In this document: positions 12,666 through 25,604 of the stretch, piece after piece
Layout of the letters: each line of letters opens with the position of its first letter
Numbering within the stretch: the stretch's first letter is position 1
Assembly: GCA_030390025.1 (NCBI GenBank)
Contig: CM059431.1
Span: 108,440,001-108,504,000 of the forward strand
Direction of reading: 5' to 3'
Length of the DNA stretch: 64,000 bases
DNA from: Squalus acanthias
Lineage: Eukaryota
Program-made: the position numbers and the translations under genes
The notes under the pieces: model-generated
Told to the model about the DNA's origin: nothing
The model's input: the letters and a program-made list of their open reading frames with translations, nothing else
Database searches by the model: none

Positions 12666-13381
12666 ACGGGGGTGTTTATCCTTTCCCCTTGCCTTGGCTT
12701 TAAGATATTGTTTCCTAAATAAATGATTGGTTTATTTGATAGATAATGCCTCAAAAACGTTTTTGTTTAGACGTAAAATCAGTCCAGCCACAGGCAGATC
12801 ATTCATTCTTACTTGAGTGAGGTAACTTGTCCGTGCCCTTAAGCTAAACCTATCACGGCAAGATCCATCACCTTTTCAGAACCATAGCTAATATTGCGGT
12901 TTATCAACTTCACAGAGAGCCAACATCTCAAGGCTCCCATTGCATCATGGAGCTACTCTGCTGGCCTCAGCTTATTTTGTTCACAAATGCATGAGGGAGT
13001 GGCTCTATTGTTAACCCTGTACCTCAGCATTCATTACCATCTTGGATATCAATCCAGGGAATGTCAGTATAACCTCAGGAACTCTGGATTTAAAATGACT
13101 ACGTTTGCTACCAAGGGTAAATATCTCGGCTTTCAAATAGAGATTTAAATATCATGGGTGAATTATTGAGGGGATTCTGGGGGTCAGTGATCATCTTGGG
13201 ACATGATTGCAAGTACCCACAAATAATTTGCAAAAAGGATTGAAAGTATCTACATTAACTGGCTGCCCCCTGGTATAAATAGAATATTTATTGAGTATCT
13301 ATTAAATGTATCTATTCACCTTGTGGGGGGTCTGCTTCTGAGTGAAAACTTTCATGTAAAGCTTGTTATAGTAGGTGTATT

Positions 13382-14147
13382 GGCCCAGAAATTGGACTTC
13401 GATGGTTGCCGCGGGGGTAAGGATCCCCCACGATATCGCACTCCGCGCCTGCCTTTATGGTTTTGGCCCACACGAACTTCAGTTCCTGGGCCTCTCCCTG
13501 GTGCCGGCGCGCAGTGTGTGCGTGTCCCAGAGGCGCAGTTAGTTCGATGCGACCTCTGGGATCACGTGGGCCAGTTAGAGCCAATGGCAGCACACCATCT
13601 TTCATTCATAGTTTTGACAGGAAGAGCTGTCAAAACTATGAATACAACAAGCCCCCAAAAGAACAGCTAAACCTCAATTAAATTTAAAAAAAAAGCCATC
13701 ACATTAATAAAATAACTATAGTTAAATAAATTAACCACTTTAAACAAAAATTAAAATTTTTGAAAAAATGTAAATTCTTTTTAAAAGTTATAAAAATAAA
13801 CTTACCTTTCTTTAAAGTCTCTAAAAAAGATAAACCTGTTGAAAAAAATTTAAAATAATACTTAATTAACTACTTACCTTGTTAAAAAGGGGTCTTACGC
13901 CCGCTTTCTTCATGTGTAAAATCTTCAACACTTACCTGCGCGTTCAAACCTGAAAAAAAAGCTAAGTGTGCTGCGTGCGCGCAACCTGTAGCGCGCACGC
14001 GGTTCACTTAGGAACCGCCCCCTTCGCAATACCCGAAGTGCCGGTTTCCCGCGCATGCGCAGTGCATGCAGGAAACCGGCACTTCGGGACCTAATACGCG
14101 AGAGTACACAGTGCGTACTCTCCCGTATTAGGTCTAATTTTCGGGCC
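13382..14147. mobile_element. Harbinger/Tourist-type MITE, family M1
   Basis: TIRs ggcccagaaatt / aattttcgggcc, 3-bp TSD ATT, GC-rich arms around an AT-rich core. An inverted copy lies at 24512-25254. Confidence 0.88.
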
Positions 14148-14865
14148 ATTACCTATTAAGTCTGTAGGCGGTGCTGTGATAGGAGTTTTCAAATGTTAAG
14201 TGTGTTTTGCCTTGCTTGGCGCTGGTTCACCCAGCCTAGTGTCCCACACAATAGGTGTGATTGTACTTGTAAGGATTTTATAGATAGTATGGGTGTGTAT
14301 CTTTACAATGAATCAAGTTTGCCTTTCTCCTGAATTTGTGTGGTTTTTGATATTTTTTTGAAGGACTCTGCATGTCCGTCTTCTTGTATATCACTCATGC
14401 CTGGTGTCCCCTCCGACTCCAGATTCTTGACACACTCACTGGCCTCCAGCTCTTTTAAATTTGACATCAACATATCTTATTTTTGTATAATTATGTTAAA
14501 AATCACCAGTTAGGCTCAGAGTATATTAACAATTGCTTATTGGACTTTCTAAATGTATTAGCAATCACTTGCTGGACTCGCCGAATATATTAAACAATCA
14601 TAATTATTGATTGGTATGTGGAGGGGGAGAAATTCAATGGCAGCAATTCTGTGCCAAAAGCCTTCAGCTGCTCATTTTCTCTTACTCCTCCTCTGTGTTC
14701 CCTCCCCACCCTTCTCTCTTTGCCTTCACAATGCACTCCTTCCTTCCCTCTCCTCCTGCCTCTCCCTTCCTTTGCTAACCAGCTCTTCTTCACCTCACCA
14801 TCCCTTCTCCCTACCTACTCCCACCTTTCTCACTCCTCTCCTTCCCTTCCCTTTATCAGTTTATT

Positions 14866-15075
14866 AGTTGAGGCCAAGTCATTAAATATATTCAAGAATG
14901 AGTTAGATATATTTCATAAAGCTAAAGGTATCAAGGGATATGGGGAGAAGGCAGGTACAGGGTACTGAGTTTGGATGATCAGCCATGATCTCATCGAATG
15001 GCAGAGCAGGCTCGAGGGGCCGAATGGCCTACTCCTGCTCCTATCGTCTATGTTTCTGTTTCTATGTTTCTATGT
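14866..15075 (+). mobile_element. CR1 3' tail fragment
   Basis: 'VEAKSLNIFKNELDIF...GIKGYGEKAG', followed by gatcagccatgatc...ggcctactcctgctcc and a (tatgtttc)n tail. Confidence 0.85.
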
Positions 15076-15702
15076 TATCACCTTCCCCATGTTCTCCTTC
15101 CACTCCTCTTCCCTCCTCCCCCAGCTCCAGCTGGCTGAGCTTACCATACAGCAGTGTGGCCACTTTCTCTGGGCTCCTACCTCATCCTGATGTCTTCTGT
15201 GGCTTTCGATTCTCTTGCTTCCCTCAACCCCCTTTTTCCTGAGCTTCTAAATCTCCTGTGGCCTGCTGTTATGTTCTATCTTTCTCATCTCCCCTCCCCC
15301 TCAGCCTCTAACCTTCCTGCACCTTCCCCTCCACCCTGGCTTCTACACTGCTCTACCTCTGCTTTACCTACTCTAGCTTCCCTGTCCCCCCTCCCTCGTA
15401 ACTTCCCTCTCTGTCTTCTTCTGGTCTCCATTGTTGTAGGCCTCCCTTGACCCTCGTGCGAATATGCCCCGTCCCCTAGCACTATTTGCCATGAAGTCCC
15501 CACTTGGATCTGACTCCTGTGTGTAACATCTGATAACATCTAGTAATATGTTAAAAGTCTTGCATATGACATGCACTTCCTGTAAATGTCACATACTTCC
15601 TGTAACACTTTCCCTGTCGCACTCTCCTGTCACACTTTGTTGATAACACAGTATATTCTCTGACTCACTGTGAGAAATGCCACAGAAGATCTGCTAATAT
15701 AG

Positions 15703-15893
15703 AAACAGAAAATGCTGGAAATACTCATTAGGTCAGGCAGCATCTGTGGAGAGAGAAACAGAGTTAATGTTTCAGGTCGACCTGAAACGTTAACTCTGTT
15801 TCTCTCTCCACAGATGCTGCCTGACCTGCTGAGTATTTCCAGCATTTTCTGTTTTTATTTCAGATTTCCAGCATCCGCAGTATTTTGCTTTTG
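15703..15893. mobile_element. Fold-back (palindromic) element made of PLE family A termini
   Basis: Near-perfect inverted repeat of about 76 bp per arm centred on ggtc|gacc (15778/15779). The right arm is extended by about 40 bp. The arms match the 3' end of the PLE at 47493. Confidence 0.85.
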
Positions 15894-16139
15894 TATCTGC
15901 TAATATATTCTACCTGTGAACAGACTGTAACAACCAATTTCAACCCTGCCAGTCTTGGTTTATGCGGTTGGGCCTGATGCATACAGCCCCTGTGGGTGTA
16001 TGATGCTCTATCCAAAAGCAGCCACAGAATAAATAAAATATCAAACAGGGTACCGCTGAGTTCCACTGAGATTTCATACCGTGAGCAGTATTGTTTAGCC
16101 CATGAGAAGACACCGACCATCATTGACTTATATGGAATA

Positions 16140-16575
16140 ACTTTTATTCCTGAGTCAAGGTTGTGGGTTCAAGTCCCACTGCAGAGACTTGAGCACAAAA
16201 TCTAGGCTGACACTCCAGTGCAGTGCTGAGGGAGTGCTGCACCGTCAGAGGTTCTGTATTTCAGACAAAAACTTAAACCAAGATCCTGTCTGCTCTCTCA
16301 GGTGGCCGTAAAAGATCCCATGGCACTATTTCGAAGAAGAACAGGGGAGTTCTCCCCGGTGTCCTGACCAATATTTATTCCTCAACCATTATCACAAAAA
16401 CAGATTATCTGGTCATTATCACATTGCTCTTTGTGGGAGCTTGCTGTGCGCAAATTGACGGTTGCGTTTCCTACATTACAACAGTGACTACACTTCAAAG
16501 TACTTCATTGGCTGTAAAGCACTTTGGGATGTCCTGAGATTGTGAAGGGCGCTATGTAAATACAAGTTCTTTCTT
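16140..16575 (+). mobile_element. Deu-domain SINE (SacSINE1-like)
   Basis: Same head, core and tail as 2861-3326, in the opposite orientation. Confidence 0.85.
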
Positions 16576-17444
16576 TATTTCTCAGGGGCATCTCATAACA
16601 GCTGAGTCTTTGGACAGGAAACAATTGTTTCTCTTACATCTACGAGAACTACCCACTAAACAACAAATAGTTCCTTAGCAACCTCACTTCTACCAATGAA
16701 CTTGCCAAAGACATGAGAATTTAAATCACCAACTAATAACTTGTGAGGAAGGTTGCATCATTACCTTGATCTACCTAGTTGATTAATTGTACTGTTACCC
16801 ATCTGGCAAAACGTGAGAAAGTTTAGCGTTTTTTAAAATTCATCTCTTGAGTGTCAGTCATAAATACAGATGAATAGAATTGAGCTGAATAGATTTTATT
16901 TGAGAAATAATGATGGGTGCTCTGGGTTCATTTGTTTGGTAAATAACATAGATAAAAAAATCACTGTGACATTTAAAATCCCAACAGTATCGCTAAAAGC
17001 TGTTTCTCCTGAGATGAACAAATTCTCAACTCGTACAGCTCCTGAATCTTTAAATATCTTCGGGCTGTACTGTTAATCTTTACATGAACCTTTGGTGCCT
17101 TCCAGCAACTCCATCTCTGGGCAGGCAAGTAGCTAAATCTTCATGAATAATATGTACATTATATAGTATATTTAGACATAGCTAAGGATAATATACTGAG
17201 TAATGACCCATTAACATCTACAGACATGGAAAGTTTCCAAGCACTGACGTTGCTCAAATCAGTAAAGTCTGTCAGCAATAAAATGATGCTATTTCTTAGC
17301 ATTGAAATTCCTGTGGCATTGCACACAGATTTTCAATGTGACGCCTATCTGATCATAAAACTGGCGTTGTGGAATGGCCACCTTTGAAGGAACCGCCTGA
17401 TTTCCACTTCGATTGGAAATAAAAATCGAACAGTTCCTATAAGG

Positions 17445-17858
17445 GGCAACTGATCTACTCGGAGCTCCGACACGGCAAGAGAGCCCCAGGTGGGCAGAGG
17501 AAACGCCTCAAGGACACCCTCAAAACCTCCTTGAAAAAGTGCAACATCCCCACCGACACCTGGGAATCCCTGGCCCAAGACCGCACAAAGTGGAGGAGAA
17601 GCATCCGGGAAGGCGCCGAACACCTCGACTCTCTTCGCCGGGAGCAAGCGGAAGCGGAGCGCAAACAGCGGAAGGAGCGCACGTCAACCCAAGCACCCCA
17701 CCCACCCGCCCCTTCAACCACCATCTGCCCCACCTGTGACAGAGACTGCAGGTCCCTCAGTGGACTCATCAGTCACCTGAGAACTCATTTTTAGTGTGGA
17801 AGCAAGTCATCCTTGGTTCCGAGGGATTGCCTAAAAAGAAGAAGAAGAAGAAGAAGAA
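17445..17858 (+). mobile_element. RTE-clade LINE 3' end
   Basis: 'LIYSELRHGKRAPGGQRKRLKDTLKTSLKKCNIPTDTWESLAQDRTKWR...CPTCDRDCRSLSGLISHLRTH', followed by an (AAG)n tail. Confidence 0.88.
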
Positions 17859-18194
17859 GGTATTGAAAGTGACTTCGCCGCCGCAGTCCCCTCCACATAG
17901 CAACTGACAAATGTTCAATAATAGTTTGGCTGAAAACTTACTTTGTTAATACTTTGTTGAAGTACATAGAGTACAGAGAATATGAACGGAATCCTTTGCC
18001 CAAGTAGAGAATAAATGAAATAGGTTACAGTACCAATAAAGCAAGTTCACGCTGGGAAGAAGGGAATAGCAGAAATAGAGGTATGTTCATTTGTTTTAAA
18101 TGTAATGAATAATAAATGATGAGGAGGAAAATGTTGCTTTAGCTTTGGAGTTCCAAGTTGAAATCATGAAAATGGATATTTAATTATTATTTTT

Positions 18195-18592
18195 TTTTTA
18201 TTCATTCACAGGATGTGGGTGTCGCTGGCAAGGCCAGCATTTATTGCCCATCCCTAATTGCCCTTAACTGAGTGGCTTGCTCAGCCATTTCAGAGGGTAG
18301 TTAAGAGTCAACCACATTGCTGTGGGTCTGGAGTCACATGTAGCCCAGACCAGGTAAGGGCGGCAGATTTCCTTCACCTAAAGGACATTCGTGAACCAGA
18401 TGGTTTTTTACAACAGTCCGGTAGTTTCTATGGTCACCATTACTGGCACTAGCTTTCTATTCCAGATTTATTTAATGAAGTGAATTTAAATTCCTCAATT
18501 GCTATGGTGGGATTATGAACTCATGTCCCTGGGATCATTAGTCCAGGCTGACTGAGATTACTAGTTCCAGTAACATAACCACTATGCTACCA
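18195..18592 (-). mobile_element. tRNA-derived SINE sharing its 3' tail with the 6313/61305 LINE family
   Basis: Head tagcatagtggttatg...gagttcataatccc. Tail gggcaattagggatgggcaataaatgctggccttgccagcgac is nearly identical to the LINE tail. Confidence 0.75.
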
Positions 18593-18631
18593 TTCACTTG
18601 AGCATGAGAAAGGATGATTCATAGAAACATA

Positions 18632-19505
18632 GGGGGAAAAATTCGGTTGATTAGCGCCTCCGGTTTGTGCCCTAAGAGGGCGCTAACAGGGCGCAAAGCA
18701 ACTAATGCCCGGGTGCGGCGCTGTTTGCGCCGCTCGCAAAATTGACCAGAGTTTTTGCGGCGGCGCTAAACTCTACTGCCATGATCTCCTGCGCCCGCAG
18801 TTCATGACGTCAGTCGAGCGTGCAATGCCCCTGTAGCACCCTTCCTTTCCAGCTGCCACTAGCAACGACAAGGAGAGGGGAACGTTTTGCAGTCGGGAAA
18901 GGGCTGGAGGAGCGCTATTTAAAGGTGGCCTCTTCCTGCCTTTTTTTGTCAGAGATATTTTTGCACCACTCATTCTGAGAGAGAGAGAGACAGAGACTTC
19001 TGGAGAGATTCAACGCTGTGTGAAAGAATTTTGGGTACTGAGCAGCACTTTGCAGGTTCATTTTCATTTGAGCTTCCTTGCATCGATTTAGAAGAGACTG
19101 TGGGGGCTGCACTCTGAGCTCTTTCCCTGGGTCTCTCCATTGTTCTTTCCAGCAGATTTGATGTACAGATCTCTCCAGGCCAGAGATTCAAGGCTGCAAT
19201 GAGCAGCGTGTGGATGGAGAGCAAGATCGACCCTTCCCTTTAAGAACTGGCCAGCGCCAGTGTGTCTGTGTTCCATTGCTGTCCGACATCACATGAGCTT
19301 CGCCAGCGCTCTAAGGTAGCGCCTCGCTCCTCGGCGTTAGTGCCTTAAGACAGGTGTGTAGCATCTGATTTAGCGCTCCAATCACCTCCAGGGGTGATAG
19401 AAGCCAAGTTTGCAGTCGGTGGCGATAATTAGCGCCAGACGCTAAACTTTGTGCCCGGCCGATAATTGCGCCCCAAACGGGGCGATACCGAATTTCTCCC
19501 CCCCC
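18632..19505. mobile_element. Harbinger-type MITE, family M2, inserted in a CR1 tail
   Basis: TIRs gggggaaaaattcgg / ccgaatttctccccc. An inverted copy lies at 50892-51782. It splits a CR1 tail (catagaaacata|gaaacttacagc). Confidence 0.85.
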
Positions 19506-20229
19506 GTAGAAACTTACAGCACTGAAGGAGGCCATTCGGCCTGTTGTGCCTGTGCCTGTGCTAGCTCTTTGAAAGAGCAGTTGTGCTCAGACCCACCCCA
19601 CCCCCCCACCCCCGCTTTTTGTCCGTAACCCTGTAAGTTCCTCATCCTCCAGTACCTGCCCAACTCCCTTTAAAATTATTGATGGAATCAGCTTCCACCA
19701 CCTTTTCAGGTCGAGCATTCCAGATCCCCGACAACTCTCTGAGTGAAAAAAATTCTGATTAATTTATTTACTGCAGAGAGATTGAGTGGGGGAAAAGGCA
19801 ACAAAACAGTTTGTTTGAAAAGTAAAATGTCAGTTATCAGAGCAGAGGTGCGATGGATTTATTTAAAACTGAAAAGCACGATTTATTTACTTAACATGGA
19901 AAAAAGAATTACTCCAGCCTTAAATGTCATAACAATGAATTATAATCAAAATACCGTTTGCTCTGGAGCTGAAATGTAAAACGATGAATGAAGCATTTAT
20001 TTATTCAGAAGGAACCTTGCATCAATGTCTGCAACAACATGTAAGCTAAAAGAAGTTTAAATATACATATATATTCTCAATATAAAATAGCACCTATTGT
20101 GTGACTCCAAGCATTACAAATGAGCTATGATGTCTTTAACATTAAAAAGACTTATCATAGTGCCACCTACAGGTACAGCAGGTATTGCAGGCATTCATGG
20201 GGCTTTTTTGGGACCAACAACATGACTAC

Positions 20230-22012
20230 ACTGAGACAGAGGGCTGCACCCAGGTTCTCCGATGACTCTCCCCATATGCTTGTGGAGGGAGTCAGAGCAC
20301 GCAGGTTGGTCCTCTACCCTTCTAATGGGTGGAAGAGACCTCCCCAGGAGACCAAAAGAGCCTAGCTCCAAATAGCAGAGGAGGTAAATAGCAAGGATGT
20401 GGTCAGGAGGACCTGGGTGCAGTGCCGCAAAGCGTTTCAATGATCCATTGGATCAGGAAAGGTGAGTACAAAGCCACACTCAACTTCATCCTGCTGTGCC
20501 TCTCATCATATCCCCATCACTCTGCACATCCTTACTCACACCAACTTACCTTGCACGTCCACCCATCCCCCGCTCTCTATCTACATTATCACACCCCCAT
20601 CTCACTAACCACCCCTCACACGCACCCTCATCCTAGTGCAATCATAACAACTAACAACACACAAGGAGGCCATTTGACTTTGACACCCCACTCCATCATA
20701 GTCTCCCTCTAAAGATGTAACCCATCCCTTCCTTACACAGTCCATCACTCTCACTCAACCTTCTCTTCTTTCCCTCCTTGCAGGAAAAGAGAGCTCACAA
20801 TAAGAGGGAGAGGGAGAGAACCAGAGATGGAACGCCATCATTGGCCACCCTAACATCAGCAGAAGAGGCTGCCTTGGAAGTCTCAAGAGTGGCCGAGCAG
20901 CTGAAGGTGGGAGATGGAGAGAGGGGGACATCTCAGCAACCTGGTGATAGAATTACATCTCATACAGCTACATGGCATAGAGCAGTCACTCATATGGGCA
21001 CTGATGTCAGCAGCCACTGAATGGTTATCATGTGCATAATGGTATCTGTCCCCATTCTTCACATGGCATATCTAACTCACCTCTTTACACTCCCACAGGT
21101 CCATCAAGAGCCCACCCTCTACTGTCCAGGAGGAAGAGGAAGACGACTCCTCAGAGAAGCCTCCAGCCTCTGAGGGCGCACCATCACCAGACAGAAGCGT
21201 ACCCAGCACCAGCACAGATACACACACCTCGGTGGGTGCAACGTGAGATAGAGTAGTGTTGTCACCTGGTGTCTCACAAGTCACACGTGAGCAAGAGCAG
21301 ATGGTAGAGACAGTGACAGCAGTGGAGACTCCTCTCGGAGGGCGCAGGACGCTCCCAGCTCTGCTCAGCTGCATGCAGACTGCTGAGCCTCGGGGGCCAT
21401 CCAGAAAGAGGGTGTTCCTGGAGGTGCAGCAAGAAGTGCAGGAGGCTTTGACTGGTTTTGCGAGTGCGATGCCTGCAAATGTGCAGAGAATGGAGGAGTC
21501 CATCTCCAACATGAGCATCACCTTGTCGCAGGCGATGGCGACTGTAGGCTCTTCCATGGATAGGAGGGCCACCTGCATGGAGAAGCTAATGCGCCACTCG
21601 CAGGAGCACATGGTCTCTATAGAGAATAGATGGCAGAGGCTCATAGACCTGCTGTCAAGGAGGGATGTCAACGTAGACATGGGTCCTCATGGCCCCACTG
21701 CTGTGCACCAAGTGTTAATGGTGAGAGGGGACATGATGTGGAGGCTCCTCTCAAAGCACTCACACCTCTCCTCCATTGCAACCCCCTCAGTCAGAGCCCC
21801 AGATGCCTCCTCGGATCGCGATGGCCGAGTCTGCCCCTGCACTGTCGCAGGAGGAGCAGACTTTGGTGGGCCCATCAGAGGCTCAAAAACCCAGAGGATG
21901 TCCGCCAAAAGCATCTAAGCATGGAAGTGAGCAGGCTGCCTCTACCTCTGCTGAAGCCACAGGGGTAGCATCTCGTAGAAGCAGGCATAAGAGGAAGATG
22001 AAACACAAGTAG
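20230..22012 (+). pseudogene. Harbinger Myb/SANT-like DNA-binding protein gene, 3 exons (~20230-20461, 20784-20943, 21099-22012), disrupted
   Basis: 'RAAPRFSDD...LVEGVRARRLVLYP...IAEEVN...RTWVQCRK' ends at a GTGAGT donor. Acceptor ttccctccttgcag precedes 'EKRAHNKRERERT', and acceptor cactcccacag opens exon 3 in matching phase. In-frame stops and frameshifts are present. Confidence 0.8.
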
Positions 22013-22310
22013 ATTCACAAGGGTAGCCACTTGTGTGTTTTGTTAAATGATTCTGTAAAGTTTCCATTACTGTAATGTTACACATAAAAATCTTTATTTT
22101 CACCACTTTCCGGTCATGGACAAATTCGTTTGCACCTTTGGAAGTGGCTTAGTGAGTTGCAGTGAATGGTAAGACATTACGTTACCTCCAGCAATGGTGG
22201 TCAGTGTGAAAGGATTGGCTTGGTCATTGTAGGGATGCTTTATGGTGTTGCTGTACGGTGGTGCCAACCTGGCGCAGCAAGTGGCAGCCACATGGGTGTA
22301 ATGCGTAAAG

Positions 22311-24320
22311 TTAAGTAAATCTGGCCATGATGAGCCTTTCCCTAGCCCCCCGGGCAGCAATGTGCCCGGCTGCTGGTGGGATCTTCTCCTGCTCCTGCTC
22401 CTCCTCCTCCTCTGAAGAGGCTCTGCGTTCAGTGCCTTGCTCCTCATGCAGCACTAACCCTCGCTGCTGCGCTATGTTGTGCAGGCTGCAGCAGACCACG
22501 ATGATTCTGGAGACCCTGGCTGGTGCGTACTGAAGGGCTCCTCCAGATCTGTCAAGGCATCTGAAGCGCATTTTCAGCATGCCTATTGTCTGCTCTATGA
22601 CACTTCTGGTGAAAATGTGGATTTATTTATATCTCTCCTGAGCCTCAGTATTTGGCCTCCTCAAGGGTGTCATGAGCCACATCTTCAGTGGGTAGCCCTT
22701 CTCTCCAAGCAGCCAGCCAGAAAGTCTGTTTGGAGGAGCAAAGAGCTGAGGGAGGGTGGACTGGCACAGGATGAAAGAGTCATGGCTGCTGCCAGGGAAT
22801 TTGACGCACACATGCCTGATGATCTTCCTATGGTTGTAGATGAGCTGCACATTGAGGGAGTGGAAGCCCTTGCGGTTGACAAAGACTCCTGGGTGACGAT
22901 GGAGTGCCCAGATGGCCACATGTGTGCAGTTGATGACGTCCTGCACCTGTGGGAAGCCAGCCACAGCAGCAAAGCCGAGCTCCTGCTCAGCAACACTGGC
23001 TTCATCAGTGGCAAAGTTGATATAATTGCCTGACTTGTCAAACATGGCATCGAGATGCCACAAATGTCTGCTGCAGATCCCTGGAAAGAGTCTGAGGTGA
23101 AGGCGTTGAGGGCGTTGGTGACTTTGACAGCCACTGGTAAGGTGTTTCCACCCGCTCCTGTGGGCTGCGGGTCTTGCTCCAGCAATCTGCTCCAGCAATG
23201 TCTGCAACCACCTGGCGCGATAGTGTAAGAACACACTGTTTGCTATAACTTCTGCTGTAACTTGACCAAAACTTAAAAGATGACCACATTTTATGTACCA
23301 TCATGCTCCGCGAGGCCAAGAGACTGGTTGCTGAAAGAAATTTTGCTAAAATAAAAGATGCTACGGTTGTAAGCTGTGAAAGCTGCCAATGGTTTTTCAA
23401 CAGATACGGAAAACAGACCTTGGACGTTCTGTGGGAACAGACTATTGAGCTGTTGAATCATTGCAAAAACAGAAATATCTTCAGACTATGGAATGTAACC
23501 AGCCTTCAAACCAATGGATGCTTAATGGACTATTGATAAGAGGAAGAGAAAAACAACTACTGACTATTCTTTGTATAAGTTTGGGACACGTACGCTGTGG
23601 GAGGGTTGCCAAGTTTTAAGGTATAAAAGATGCTGTAAAAAGACACTCGGGGCTGCAGCCGGGCGACCTGGTCAGTTGTCAGAAATCATAGGCAGGTACA
23701 GGGTAATGAGTTTGGATGATCAGCCATGATCTCATCGAATGGCGGAGCAGGCTCGAGTGGCCAAATGGCCTACTCCTGCTCCTATCTTCTATGTTTCTAT
23801 GTTTCTATACGTCTAGTCATCGTCAAATTGATCAATCGCTGGTGTTAGTACGTATGTGGTGTTTTGCTTGAGCTTAAAGCAAAGGGATAGCTCTGTGTAT
23901 GCTAAAGTATAATTGGGAATTGTTATACGCTACATAACTGTCGGATGCTTACTTGTAATCTCTTGCTGATTTTTTTAAGTAAAAGAAGTTTTTCACAGAT
24001 TCATTGGGTTTTGTGTTGTCTGTTCGATGGGTCTGAACTTTGGAAAATGTTGGATGGGGTGAGGGGCGATTTCCGCACGTCTTGCAATAGCCTGAGCATC
24101 CTCTGCCTGTATACCTTGTGTTGGGGGTATGGCCTCCCGTGCGGTGCAGCTCTGCGCTGATGCCCTCTGACCTGTGCAGCATCAGGTGGTTGAGGAGAAG
24201 GTTGCTGGTGTTGTTGGTGCTGCTGGTGTGCCTGGTGCTGCTGGTGTTGGGGCTCATCGAAGTCCGATTCTAAGGATCAAGGTGAGACAGTATAGACGGC
24301 ACCCATGCTGATGGAATAGG
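22311..24320 (-). pseudogene. Harbinger DDE transposase (HARBI1-like family), disrupted and split by a solo LTR
   Basis: Motifs '[16 protein letters not shown]', '[15 protein letters not shown]', '[11 protein letters not shown]', '[10 protein letters not shown]', 'LKMRFRCLD' and 'IIVVCCSLHN'. The catalytic D positions appear mutated (D>N, D>E). The N-terminal 'RPYPQHKVYRQR' resumes beyond 24090. Confidence 0.88.
23224..24086 (+). mobile_element. Solo LTR, family 2 (863 bp including a ~120-bp CR1 tail insert at 23690-23808)
   Basis: Ends TGTAAGA...TCTTGCA. 4-bp TSD ATAG at 23220-23223 and 24087-24090. TATAAAA at 23622 and AGTAAA at 23978. Cleanly interrupts the transposase. Confidence 0.82.
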
Positions 24321-24511
24321 TGGCAGGTCAACTAGAGATGACAGAAGCAATCTGTCAATGGTGTGATAGGTTCTAACAATGAAGTGAGACTGGATGGCGA
24401 CATTGCTGGAAACACTTGCAGCCTGTAGAAAGCTAAATCTGTGCTGGCAATGCAGTCAGCAACAGCATCTGCCTGAGGAAAGTGATCAGCTGTGAGGTGG
24501 GAGTTTTTATT

Positions 24512-25254
24512 GGCCCAAAAATTAGTGTCTCTACGCGAGAGTACGCACTGTGTACTCTCGCGTATTCTGTCTCCAATTGCCGGTTTTCTGCATGCACTGC
24601 GCATGCGCTGAAAACCGGCACTTGGTGATTTCAAAAGGGGGCGGTTCCTAGGTGAACCGCGTGCGCGCTACAGGCTGCACGCACGCAGTGCACTTAGTGC
24701 TTTGAACGCGCAGGTAAGCATGGAAGATTTTGCACATAAAGAAAGGAGGCGTAAGACCCTCTTTTAACAAGGTAAGTAGTTAATTAAGTATTATTTTGAA
24801 TTTTTTTCAACAGGTATATCTTTTTTAGAGACTTTAAAGAAAGGTAAGTTTATTTTTATAACTTTTTAAAAGATTTTAAATTTTTTCAAAAATTTAATTT
24901 TTTGTTTAAAGTGGTTAATTTATTTAACTATACTTATTTTATTAATGTGATGGTTTTTTAAAAAATTTAATTGAGGTTTAGCTGTTCTTTTGAGGGGGTA
25001 TAGATTCATAGCTTTCACAGCACTTGCTGTGAAAACTATGAATGAAAGATGGTGTGCTGCCATTGGCTCTAACTAAATCACGTGATCCCACAGCTCGCAC
25101 GAATTAACTGCGCCTGTGGGATACGGAAGCACTGCACAGCTGCTGTCTAGAAAATCAAGTTCGTGCGAGCTCGGAATGAAAAGTCAGGCGCACAGTGAGA
25201 TATCGCAGGGAAGCCTTACCCCCGCACGAAGGCTCCGTCATTAATTTCTGGGCC
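24512..25254. mobile_element. MITE family M1, second copy
   Basis: TIRs ggcccaaaaatt / aatttctgggcc, TSD ATT. Reverse-complement homologue of 13382-14147. Confidence 0.88.
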
Positions 25255-25604
25255 ATTGTACTTTCCATGCTGTGCACTCATCAGCTGAATCAATGGCCAC
25301 CCAACTTCTGCCTCAGGTTGACAGATGTGGTTCCCGAGCTGCGTGATTCCCGGGCTCATCTGGGGAAATTTGAAAGGTAGGGTTCAAAAGAATCTTAAGG
25401 GTCTGACAAGTACCTAATAATTATTCAAATTAGCTCGCCCGCCTCTGCCGTTCGGGTGGCTGCCGCGCCGGCAAACGCGGCCGAGGGAAAGGCGCGTGGG
25501 AGCGGGATGACGGCAAGTTCCCGACCCGCTACAAGATTTTTGAAATTTCCCACCCGACCGGCCTCCAATCGCACCCGCACGGACCCCAGAAAATTCTGGC
25601 CTAG

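Larger units (their letters stand above)
20225..25601. mobile_element. Decayed autonomous-type PIF/Harbinger transposon (left end missing) carrying nested insertions
   Basis: Convergent Myb/SANT gene (+) and DDE transposase (-). Right terminus aaaattctggcc at 25601. Contains a solo LTR and an M1 MITE. Confidence 0.85.

Noticed and set aside
15630..15903. Mirror-image ORFs on both strands, or a miRNA gene
   Set aside because: An artefact of a PLE-derived palindrome; there is no evidence for a miRNA from sequence alone.
22311..24320. Domesticated HARBI1 gene
   Set aside because: Frameshifts, mutated catalytic residues, an LTR insertion and a transposon context.
13382..25254. Composite transposon bounded by inverted M1 copies (likewise M2 at 18632/50892)
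   Set aside because: Each copy has its own TIR pair and flanking duplication, so they are independent insertions.
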